A stretch of DNA of 64,000 nucleotides, taken from assembly GCA_963740315.1 (NCBI GenBank), contig CAVUDP010000003.1, positions 416,001 through 480,000 on the forward strand. The letters run 5' to 3'. Under the pieces are notes generated by a model. That model worked only from the letters and a program-made list of their open reading frames with translations, had not been told where the DNA came from and ran no database searches. This DNA comes from an uncultured cyanobacterium. Lineage in GTDB: Bacteria > Cyanobacteriota > Cyanobacteriia > Cyanobacteriales > Nostocaceae. The translations under genes and the position numbers were made by a program. Below are positions 19,599 to 29,500 of the stretch, piece by piece. The number at the start of each line of letters is the position of its first letter. Position 1 is the stretch's first letter.

Positions 19599-19671
19599 TG
19601 GACGATACTGGACTCGAACCAGTGACGTCCTGCTTGTAAGGCAGGCGCTCTACCAACTGAGCTAATCGTCC
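19599..19671 (-). tRNA. trnV: tRNA-Val (anticodon TAC)
   Basis: Reverse complement GGACGATTAGCTCAGTTGGTAGAGCG-CCTGC-CTTACAA-GCAGG-ACGTCACTGGTTCGAGTCCAGTATCGTCCA forms a cloverleaf; CCA not encoded. Confidence 0.97.
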
Positions 19672-19991
19672 GTTGTGTCTCACAAGTAAACAATATAGCA
19701 AACTTTTTCCGACAGCGCTAGTCTTTTTGAAAAATATTTTTTTGCGGATGATTTATCTTTATTAAGATTTGCGTAAATAAACCGATCTTCCTAATTCGCT
19801 TCACGGTAAAAAACCCGTAATAGCCTCCAATAAAGTCAAAAATGTTTAGTAACAAGAGCAATGGACATAAGTAAGGTGTGAGTGTACCTTGTATCATGTC
19901 AGTTTATTAGTTATGATTCGGGCGTTGGAAAAACTTCAGCCTTCCCCAGTGGGAATTGATTCCAACCATGCCCAATTCCCCAATTTTAATT

Positions 19992-20600
19992 ATGCCCTCT
20001 GGTCAAACTCACGATCGCATTACAATTTGGGCTTTACCGTTTATTGCTGGTGTCACTTTTTGGCAGACTCGCAGTAGCAGTATGACTTTGTTGATTGCTG
20101 GTGGGTTTATGTTTGGGGGATTGATGTTTGGTCCGGACTTGGATATTTATTCAATTCAGTATCAACGTTGGGGTTACTTGCGTTTTCTCTGGCTTCCCTA
20201 TCAAAAAAGTCTCCGCCATCGTTCTTTTTTATCCCACGGACCGTTAATCGGAACAACTCTGCGGGTACTCTATTTATGCGGCATAGTCTCAGTTGCCGGA
20301 ATCGTTATTTTACTTATTGCCGAGAAAATATTAAATATGGCTTTGAACTGGCAGGAAGTAGCTTCCAATATATTAGAAACAATCAACCTCCACTCAACGC
20401 AATTTTTAGCGTTGTTTATCGGATTGGAACTAGGTGCGATGAGTCATTCCATAAGTGACTGGTCAAATTCCGCTTACAAACGTTTTAAAAGAAAAGGTAT
20501 CGCCAGTTTACTACCCCAAAAGAAAACGAAAAAACGTAAATCCATGAGTAAATCCACCACCAGTCGTAGGACTCAATCTAAAGTAAGGAGGAGGAAGTGA
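19992..20600 (+). CDS. DUF2227 family putative metal-binding membrane protein
   Basis: MPSGQTHD start, GPDLD, HRSFLSHGPLIGT, SHSISD motifs; basic tail. Confidence 0.85.
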   Translation: MPSGQTHDRITIWALPFIAGVTFWQTRSSSMTLLIAGGFMFGGLMFGPDLDIYSIQYQRWGYLRFLWLPYQKSLRHRSFLSHGPLIGTTLRVLYLCGIVSVAGIVILLIAEKILNMALNWQEVASNILETINLHSTQFLALFIGLELGAMSHSISDWSNSAYKRFKRKGIASLLPQKKTKKRKSMSKSTTSRRTQSKVRRRK

Positions 20601-20646
20601 GATTGGGAAGAGGGGGAAGAGGGGGAAGAGGGGGAGATGGGGAGAG

Positions 20647-21024
20647 GGGGAGATGGGGTTCGGGGGAGTACTTCGACAAGTCTTACAGTGAGCTACGTCG
20701 AACTGCTCAGTAACCTTTGGGGAGATGGGGTTCGGGGGAGTACTTCGACAAGTCTTACAGTGAGCTACGTCGAACTGCTCAGTAACCTTTGGGGAGATGG
20801 GGTTCGGGGGAGTACTTCGACAAGTCTTACAGTGAGCTACGTCGAACTGCTCAGTAACCTTTGGGGAGATGGGGTTCGGGGGAGTACTTCGACAAGTCTT
20901 ACAGTGAGCTACGTCGAACTGCTCAGTAACCTTTGGGGAGATGGGGTTCGGGGGAGTACTTCGACAAGTCTTACAGTGAGCTACGTCGAACTGCTCAGTA
21001 ACCTTTGGGGAGATGGGGTTCGGG
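20647..21024. repeat. Perfect tandem array, 72 bp x 5 plus partial
   Basis: Identical unit GGGGAGATGGGGTTCGGGGGAGTACTTCGACAAGTCTTACAGTGAGCTACGTCGAACTGCTCAGTAACCTTT; no variable spacers. Confidence 0.95.
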
Positions 21025-21118
21025 ACAAGGGGACAAAACCAATTAACTCTTAATTCCTAACTCCGGTGGTCCTAACTCCGGTGGTCCTTACTGATAACTG
21101 CTCACTGATAACTGATTA

Positions 21119-21913
21119 ATGGATACTTTAACAGCTTTACAAGAATTAATTGATGTGGTGGCGAAATTGCGATCGCCATCGGGTGGTTGTCCTTGGGATT
21201 TGGAGCAAACGCCGGAAACTTTGACGAACTATGCGATCGAGGAGGCTTATGAGGTTGCTGATGCTATTAAAAGCGGGGACAAAAATCACGTTGCCCAGGA
21301 GTTGGGGGATTTGCTTTTACAGGTTGTGATGCAAGCGCAACTTTTTAGCGAATCTGGAGATTTTACGCTCAAGGAAGTGGCTGAAGGTATTACTCAAAAG
21401 TTGATTCGCCGTCATCCTCATGTTTTTGGTGATGTGTCGGTGCAAAGTGTGGATGAGGTAAACCAAAATTGGGACGAAATCAAGGCTGCTGAGAAGGGTG
21501 AAGTTGCTCCTTGTCACAAACTTAGCAATAAACTCAGTGGTTATACTCGCAAGATGCCGCCGTTAATGGCGACGATGAAAATTTCTAAAAAGGCTGCCGA
21601 TGTTGGCTTTGAATGGGAAAATATTGATGGTGTGTGGGCAAAGTTTGAGGAAGAATTAGGAGAATTTAAACAGGCTTTAGCAGAGGAAACGCCGGAAAGA
21701 CAGCAAGAGGAATTAGGCGACTTACTATTTAGCGTGCTTCAGTTAGCGCGATGGAATAATTTAGATCCAAGCGTTGCTTTACAAGGCACAAATAAAAGAT
21801 TTATTCAGCGATTGTCTCATATGGAAGCATTTGCCGATCGCCCGCTTGCGGAATATAGTTTGTTGGAGTTGGAAGCACTTTGGCAGCAGGCGAAGCAGGA
21901 TTTGAAAACATAA
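21119..21913 (+). CDS. mazG: Nucleoside triphosphate pyrophosphohydrolase MazG
   Basis: LRSPSGGCPWD, EEAYE, ELGDLL in both domains, RRHPHVF. Confidence 0.95.
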   Translation: MDTLTALQELIDVVAKLRSPSGGCPWDLEQTPETLTNYAIEEAYEVADAIKSGDKNHVAQELGDLLLQVVMQAQLFSESGDFTLKEVAEGITQKLIRRHPHVFGDVSVQSVDEVNQNWDEIKAAEKGEVAPCHKLSNKLSGYTRKMPPLMATMKISKKAADVGFEWENIDGVWAKFEEELGEFKQALAEETPERQQEELGDLLFSVLQLARWNNLDPSVALQGTNKRFIQRLSHMEAFADRPLAEYSLLELEALWQQAKQDLKT

Positions 21914-22137
21914 TAGCTTGTAGTCAGGACTTTAGTCCCACTTTAAAGGGATGGGGGAGATGGGGATGGGGGAGATGGGGAGAATTACCTATTATCAATT
22001 ATCAACGATCGATTATCAATTACCAATTATCAAAATATTTCAGAAAAAAATCCAAATTGGTAGCAAAGGTAGGTTAATTTGACCACCAGTGATGCTAAAG
22101 TGCAAGATATTCTTGTGACAATTCTCAGCGGGTATCA

Positions 22138-24372
22138 ATGCTGAAGAAGCTACAGAAAAAACAAATTTCGCTTATTGCTGGCGTGGGAGTCTGCGCCTTT
22201 CTGGTTGGAGCTATGGTTTCAGCCCCTCGAATTGGTAAAAATTTGGGGAGGTTATTCAATGGTAATAATCAAGAGGCGGTTATTTCGGAAGCGAATATAG
22301 CCAAATCTGTTGTTTTACCTTTGGTTAATCAACCACCCGAAAAACGTGCGGCTCAATTGGCACAAATTGCCAAAGGTTCGTCTTCAATCGAACAATATCG
22401 CGCTCGTTATCTTTTAGCGGATGATTTGCTTACAAAAGACCAAGCTCAGGAAGCGCTAAAATTACTTGATGGTCTGGAAAATGATTATCAAGTTTTAAAG
22501 CCTTATGTTTTATTACAGCAGGCTCGTGCGTATCGTATTCTTGGCGAAGATGGCAAAGCTTCCGATAAAAGGCAGGCTGTTGTTAAAGAATATTCCAAAG
22601 AACCAGTTGCCGCTAAAGCTTTGTATTTAATCGGTGTGGAGGAATATCAAGATAAGGCGATCGCTGAGTTTCCTTCTCATCCTTTGACGTGGGAAATTAT
22701 TCGGGGACGTTTGGCAAAAAATCCCAATCAACCAGAGTTACAGTTAATTCTGGCAAAATACGCTTTTGAACAACCCGGAATCGTTCCGGTGTTAAATCAA
22801 CTTGTTGACGAACCAACCCTCAAACCGGAGGATTGGGAAGTAATTGGTAATGCGTATTGGGAAAGTAAGGAATTCGGCAAAGCAGCTAAAGCCTACGAAA
22901 AAGCAACTCCTACAGCTGAAAATCTTTACCGTTATGGTAGAGGATTGCAAATTAGTGGAGAGAGAGAAAAAGCTCAACTAGTTTATCAACAGTTGCTCAG
23001 CGAATTTCCCACCGCTCGTGAAAGTGGTAAAGCACTGTTACAGTTAGCGCAATTAACGAGAACGGGTACCGCTCGTTTACCTTTTCTCGACCAAGCAATT
23101 GCCAATTTCCCAGAATTTGCTGGGGAAGCGCTGATTCGTAAAGCCACAATCCTGCAATCGCAAAACAATAATTCCGGTGCTAGGGAAGCTTTAAAAACAC
23201 TGATTACTCAGTTTGCCAGCAGCGAACAAGCAGCCGAATACCGTTGGAAAGTCGCGTTGGATAAAGCCAAAGCGAATGATTATCAAGCTGCATGGGAATG
23301 GGCGGCACCAGTTCCCGTCAACAATCCTACAAGTATTTTGGCTCCTAGAGCGGGTTTTTGGGTCGGTAAATGGGCAACTAAGCTTGGTAAAGAAGCAGAA
23401 GCAAAACAAGCTTATGAATATGTAGTTAGTAATTTTCCTTACTCTTACTACGCATGGCGTTCCGCTGCAACTTTAGGCTTGGACGTTGGTAATTTTAATA
23501 CCCTGCGTGACATGAGTCCGGAAATGGTAGACCGCGTGCGTCCCCTACCACCTGCTGGTTCCGATACTTTCAAAGAACTGTATCTATTAGGACAAGAACG
23601 AGACGCTTGGCTGCAATGGGAAACTGAATTTCAGAACAAAGCACAGTCAACGGTAGCAGAACAGTTTACCGAAGGTTTAATGCTGCTGGCGAGGGAAAAT
23701 TATGTCGGCGGAATTTCAATGGTTGCTAAGTTAGAAGATAGGGACAAGCCTGAAGAAAAAGCTGCTTATCAGGAATTGAGCAAGAAAAATATGTATTGGC
23801 AGGCTCGTTATCCATTCCCTTACTTTGACTTAATTAACCAGTGGTCTAAAGAACGTCAGCTTAATCCTTTCCTAGTAGTTTCCCTGATACGTCAAGAATC
23901 AAGGTTTCAAGAAAAAATTAAATCTATTGCGAATGCTACGGGTTTGATGCAGGTGCTGCCAAGTACGGCAGAATGGATTGCACCACAAATCAATGTGGAT
24001 TATAAAAGCACCAGCTTAGAAGACCCCAACGACAATATCATGTACGGTACGTGGTATTTGGACAGCACTCACAAGCAATACGAAAATAACTCATTGCTAG
24101 CAGTTGCTAGTTACAATGCAGGTCCGGGTAATGTTTCTAAGTGGTTAAGAACCATACCACAAGATGACCCCGATGAGTTTGTGGAAGCAATTCCCTTTCC
24201 CGAAACCAAAAATTACGTCCGTCAAGTACTTGGTAATTACTGGAATTATCTACGGATTTACAATCCCCAAACATCCCAATTAATGTCCCAATACTTTGCA
24301 AAACAATCCCAGTTTCCTCGTTTCCAACAGGAAGCACCAGCAACAACCAACCCGACACCAGCGAGCAATTAG
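22138..24372 (+). CDS. slt: Soluble lytic transglycosylase with TPR-like repeats
   Basis: IRQESRF, GLMQV, ASYNAGPG, ETKNYV motifs; N-terminal membrane anchor. Confidence 0.92.
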   Translation: MLKKLQKKQISLIAGVGVCAFLVGAMVSAPRIGKNLGRLFNGNNQEAVISEANIAKSVVLPLVNQPPEKRAAQLAQIAKGSSSIEQYRARYLLADDLLTKDQAQEALKLLDGLENDYQVLKPYVLLQQARAYRILGEDGKASDKRQAVVKEYSKEPVAAKALYLIGVEEYQDKAIAEFPSHPLTWEIIRGRLAKNPNQPELQLILAKYAFEQPGIVPVLNQLVDEPTLKPEDWEVIGNAYWESKEFGKAAKAYEKATPTAENLYRYGRGLQISGEREKAQLVYQQLLSEFPTARESGKALLQLAQLTRTGTARLPFLDQAIANFPEFAGEALIRKATILQSQNNNSGAREALKTLITQFASSEQAAEYRWKVALDKAKANDYQAAWEWAAPVPVNNPTSILAPRAGFWVGKWATKLGKEAEAKQAYEYVVSNFPYSYYAWRSAATLGLDVGNFNTLRDMSPEMVDRVRPLPPAGSDTFKELYLLGQERDAWLQWETEFQNKAQSTVAEQFTEGLMLLARENYVGGISMVAKLEDRDKPEEKAAYQELSKKNMYWQARYPFPYFDLINQWSKERQLNPFLVVSLIRQESRFQEKIKSIANATGLMQVLPSTAEWIAPQINVDYKSTSLEDPNDNIMYGTWYLDSTHKQYENNSLLAVASYNAGPGNVSKWLRTIPQDDPDEFVEAIPFPETKNYVRQVLGNYWNYLRIYNPQTSQLMSQYFAKQSQFPRFQQEAPATTNPTPASN

Positions 24373-24609
24373 TAAGGTTAAAGGTGAAGAAGCTAGGAAT
24401 ATTTGAAATTAACAATTGCTTCATTAATTATTTGGTGTAGGGTGTGGCGTATATGTCATCCACCCTACGCGATATTTATTTATGTTGCGATCGTTTAATG
24501 ATTCAGATACTTTCCCTTAATATAAGCAATTACACTTAGGAAGTAATTTAATTTTCGGTATAAATTAGATAAGTAATATCTATTTAATAACGGAATAAGG
24601 ATTGCTTGC

Positions 24610-25260
24610 ATGGCGAACCCTTTTTTATTTTTACTCTTTAAAATAATTTGGCAAGATTTGGTAGAAAATTTAGCTTATGATTCAACAAAGCAAGATTGGC
24701 AAGCTCTTCAAGTCGTTATTGATGAAATCAAGAATAATAAACAGGTTAGCGAAGATTTAGCTCTAGCACTTTATAAGTGTTTCTACTTTTCAGATAAGAA
24801 TATTGCCCAGAAATGTCGAGAGGAATTGATAAAAAGCTCTACTTTTACTCAGTATCGCGGAGCAAAAATTTATAAACCCTCAGAAAATGACACGGGTATT
24901 AGAAAGTTAGAAAATAAAATCAACTTTTTAGAAAAGCAGTTAAAACAAATTGATAAAAAGAAGTTAGCAAAATCAGTTTTAACCTTTGATAAACTTGAAG
25001 AGCTATTAAAGCAAATATCTCAAACCACTTATGAATCTTCTCAAGAAGCTAAAAAGATAATACAAAATCAGCTATTTGAAGAAGCAGAAACAGATTGCGA
25101 TGTAAATATTTATAAAACTGCACTCAGAGATAAACAAAACGGGTTACGCAAACAAATATTTAACAGCTTTTTAGTAGAAATTGAGCCTAACGAGCAGCTT
25201 AACCGGATATTTAAAGCTAGGACATATTTGATATTAAATAAGATACGCGAGAAGGTGTAA
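24610..25260 (+). CDS. Hypothetical protein
   Basis: 216-aa ATG ORF, helical/coiled-coil, AT-rich. Confidence 0.7.
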   Translation: MANPFLFLLFKIIWQDLVENLAYDSTKQDWQALQVVIDEIKNNKQVSEDLALALYKCFYFSDKNIAQKCREELIKSSTFTQYRGAKIYKPSENDTGIRKLENKINFLEKQLKQIDKKKLAKSVLTFDKLEELLKQISQTTYESSQEAKKIIQNQLFEEAETDCDVNIYKTALRDKQNGLRKQIFNSFLVEIEPNEQLNRIFKARTYLILNKIREKV

Positions 25261-25411
25261 GAATAGGTTAAAGGTCTGCATGTTAAAGGTTAAAGGTGAT
25301 TTTGATTCTTTTTTTATTATCTGTAAGTTTTAAGTAACAAAATGTTTTTATGCTTCAAAGCCTCACGCCTACTGCCTAATACCCATTCTCTAGTCGCTTA
25401 TAACAATTAAC

Positions 25412-25757
25412 AGCACTTACGTAAGCCTCCCTTAAATAAGGGGGGTTGGGGGGATCTCAATCTCTGAAACATTATATTTTCCGTTTTTGTTGCGTAAGTC
25501 CCCAATTAAGATTTTCAATGCCGTACTACTATTCGATCGCATTAAATTTGACGGGTTTGTAGTAAGGGCTTAGGTTCCCTAAATCCGGAGCGCTAAAGCG
25601 CTTACTACGAACCTTTTTACCCGTCAAAACTAATGCAAAGGACTACTACTATTCGATTGCACAATTTTTAATGGGTTCGTTTTGTCGTAAATGTCGGGAG
25701 TAGCAAGCAATGCTACGTCTCTACAACCCGTTAAAATTAATGTGGTGGAATACTACT
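25412..25757. repeat. Nested REP/MITE-like cluster
   Basis: CTTACG...CGTAAG element around a CCCTT/AAGGG hairpin, then two units flanked by TTTGACGGG/CCCGTCAAA-type inverted repeats enclosing GTAG REPs. Confidence 0.7.
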
Positions 25758-25813
25758 TAAGTTAAAATTAATTCATAAAATATAGTAGTGCAGCGGTTGC
25801 TATTTCTTCGATC

Positions 25814-26338
25814 GTGAATAAGTATACAAAATATTTAATTTTACTGGCGTTAAGCGGTACATTTACTTTAGTTGGTTGTTCGGCATCAAATACAGCAACA
25901 GATAATTCTTCCCCCGAACCCACGGCTACTGATTTATCGGCAGCAGATGCAGCCAAAGCCATAAAAGAGCGAGAAAATTACGATTCGATAGATTTGAGTA
26001 AACTTCCTCAAGGTGTATCTTTAACTGGGAGTAATCCTGAAGAAATTGCGTTCAGCCTCAAGGCTGCGGCAATCGCAGCTTTTCCCGCACCGAAGGAAGA
26101 ACCTCAAGAAGGAAATTTTAAGCGAGATGTCACTATAAACCCAGTTACACCGAATCTTACAACCGTGATTATTACCGAAACTGGACTTTTGGATGATTCT
26201 GTGAATGGAATTCGCGATCGCGCTGATTTTGAATTATCTGAATCCGATAAGTCATGGAAAATGGTTTGGGCTGGGAAGCAATACAAATGTCAATCGGGTA
26301 GAGGCTCCCAAGATTTCACTAAGCAACTTTGTTCTTAG
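25814..26338 (+). CDS. Putative lipoprotein
   Basis: Signal peptide with lipobox LVGC; LLDDSV...C..GRG...C C-terminal motif. Confidence 0.8.
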   Translation: MNKYTKYLILLALSGTFTLVGCSASNTATDNSSPEPTATDLSAADAAKAIKERENYDSIDLSKLPQGVSLTGSNPEEIAFSLKAAAIAAFPAPKEEPQEGNFKRDVTINPVTPNLTTVIITETGLLDDSVNGIRDRADFELSESDKSWKMVWAGKQYKCQSGRGSQDFTKQLCS

Positions 26339-26397
26339 TTGCTAACTGCTAAGAGGATGTTTTCCAAGTATCTTTTTTAACGCAATTCTCGGATTAT

Positions 26398-26463
26398 CCC
26401 CCCTTCCCCCCTTTTTAAGGGGGGTTAAAGTCCCCCTTTTTTAAGGGGGATTTAGGGGGATCT
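26398..26463. repeat. CCCCCTT...AAGGGGG palindromic repeat pair
   Basis: Two C-run/G-run hairpins ending GGGGGATCT; related copy near 25428. Confidence 0.75.
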
Positions 26464-26518
26464 GAAAAGTAAAATATCAAATTACACTTTCCCGCTTTTA
26501 ACTCCCTACTCCCTACTC

Positions 26519-29500
26519 CTACCTTTTTTCCAAACACAAATCATCATCTCCCTGCCCATAATCTTGCAAAGCATCGCATCCTTTAATTTGCAAATTTTTG
26601 AGAGTAAGATTATCTAAATCCCGGACAATTATCGTTCCTCTATTAGTTCCACTTAATAATGTTTTCCCATCTGGATTAAAGCTAATACTAGTAAATTCTT
26701 CTCTATCTGCTTTCAAAGTAATTAATAACGTACCATCGCGCTGCCAAAGTTTGACTTTATCTTCACTGGTGGCTGCTAATAATTTACCGTCGGGGCTAAA
26801 TGTAACACCCGTGAATTCTTCACCTTCTGCAATTAAAGTTTGCTGCAATTCACCATTTTGATTCCACAATTTAACGGTACCATCAAGGCTGGCTGAGGCG
26901 AGTATATTACTTTTACTAGACCATGAAACGCCAAATACGGGACGTTTATGTGCTGTTAAGGTATGCAGTAATTTACCTGAATTATCCCAAATTTTAACTG
27001 TATTATCGTCGCTAGCGGAAGCTATTAATTTGCCGTCGTGACTAAAGCTTACCCAGTTTACTGCTTGTTGATGTCCCGACAAAGTTGTTATTAATTCGCC
27101 GTTTCTACGCCACAATTTAACGGTTTTATCTTTACTCGCAGAAGCAAAAATATTACCATTGGGCGACCAAGAAAGACTTAATACGACATTATTATGAGCG
27201 GGTATCTTATTAATTAATGTACCGTCATCTTTCCACAATTTAACGGTTTTATCTTTACCAGCAGATGCTAAAATTTTACCGTCGGGGCTAAAACTAACAT
27301 CCCAAATTTCTTCTTGAGATGGCTGTATAGTTTTGATTTGCGTACCGTTACGAGTCCATAATTTGATAGTTTTGTCGGTACTTCCGGAAGCAATTAAATT
27401 ACCGTTTGGCGAAAAACTAACGCTGGTAACTGCTTTATTATGGGTTTTGAGATTTCCTAATAATAAATCTTGCCAAGACCAAAGTTTCACCGTTTTATCT
27501 CGACTTGCAGAAGCAAGGGTTTTACCGTCGGGGCTAAAACTAACATCATTTACCCAATCTTTGTGTCCTTTGAGGGTTCCTAATAGCACTGCATCTTTCC
27601 AGCGCCAAAGTTTGACGGTTTTGTCGGTACTTACAGTGGCGATAATTTGACTATCGCGACTGAAATTAACAGCGGTAACTGCTTCTGAATGCGCGGGAAT
27701 AAGTTTTAATAATTTTCCTTGGCGACTCCACAGTTTGACGGTATTATCCAAACTTGCCGAAGCGATTATTTGACTATCATTTGACCAAGCTATGCTGGTA
27801 ATTGCATCGCGATGTCCTTCAATAGTAAGGGTATTTTCACCGTTTTTATTCCAGAGTTTAATAGTTTTATCGCTGCTTGCAGAAGCGAGGGTTTCACCGT
27901 CGGGAGAAAAAGCGACTTGTAAAACCGCATCATTATGACCAAATAATGTTTTGAGTAACTTACCTTGGCGATTCCAAAGCTTGATAGTGCGATCGGTACT
28001 CCCGGAAGCAATTACTCTACCGTTGGGACTGAAACTAACGCTATTTACAACATTTTTGTGTCCCGGTAAAGTTAAATTAACCCTACCATCCACAGTCCAA
28101 AGTTTGACAGTTTTATCTTGAGAAGCAGAAGCAACGGTAGTACCATCGGGGCTAAAAGTTACGCTATTAACTACATCGGTATGTCCCGATAAAATTCGGA
28201 AATATTTACCGTCTGGATACCATAGTTTAACGGTTTTGTCAGCACTTGCAGAAGCAATCAAGGAGTTTAGCGGACTAAAAGAAACGCTATTAACTCCTGA
28301 TAAATGTCCGGATATTGTTTCTTTTTCCCTAACTTGAGGAACTACCTGATGTAAGGCTGTCATTACCTGGGCTTTTGTATAAGCATCCGGTAATAAAGTT
28401 GATTGAAATTTATTTGCTGCTTGCAAACCTTGTTTTAAAGCGTCGAAATCCTTACCGGAAGAAGCAAGTTCTTCAGCAGATGCGCTGATGGCTCTAATTT
28501 CACTTAGTAAAGCTTGTCTCCATAAATAAACTGACATTACCGTAGAAGCTGCCAAAGTCAAAATAGCTGTAATAGAACCCGCAAGCGCTATTTTTAAAGA
28601 ACGATTAACTTTGACTTCGCTTTCTTTTTGCAGTTGTTTACTTTCTGCTAATTGGGCTTGTAGTTTTTGCTGTTCTAATTCTCCTAATAGCCCCTCGATT
28701 TCCATGCGACTAAGTTCTTCACGCTTGCGGAGTTCTTTTAATTCTGTGAATAAATTATCGCTTTGTTGGGGTTGATTATCAATGATTTTCGACTGCTTTT
28801 TCTTTCTTAGTTCGCTGTGGAGTCGAGTAATTTCTGTTTCTCTTTGCTGTACTTGATTTCTTAGTTGTCTTAATTGAGTTTGAAAGCTTAATTCTTCTTG
28901 TTGTAAAAACCGAATTAAATCAACCAAATAATCATGAATTAATTGATAGCGTTCGCTAACATCAGCAAACAAAACTACTAAACCAGAACGCACCAAAATT
29001 TCTAAAACTAACTCTAATTTTTCTGCTGTTTCTAACTCCGCTAATTCCGAAGTTAATTCTGCCTTGGTTTTAAAAGGTCTTTTATGATTTTCATCGGTTA
29101 ATAAATATAAAACCAGTAAAGCGGCTTGTTCGTTTTCCGAACCGCAATCTTTAATAATTTCCTTAATATATCGTTCGATAAGTTTATTAGTTCGATAAGG
29201 TTCGTATTTAGCTAAAGTAGTAATACTCTCATCTTGAAGTTGCGCTCCTACTACCTGTAATTCAATCGGACGAACTTCTCCTAATTCTAAAGATAAATCT
29301 TCAACCAAGGCATCAATTAAAGCCGGTTCGATACTGTATTCCGAACGTTCCGTTAACTGCTGAATAACGTTTTTCGCATCTGACGATGAAAGATTATTAA
29401 CTTGATAGCGGATCTCTTTGTCTAAAATATTATCGCCAATCGAATCCTGTTTCGCTAAACGTTTTAAATCGAGCAAATGATGTAAATAATCTTCTCTTAA

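Noticed and set aside
20637..21053. CRISPR array or 138-aa repeat protein
   Set aside because: The units are identical with no unique spacers and there are no cas genes. The ORF follows from a stop-free 72-bp unit.
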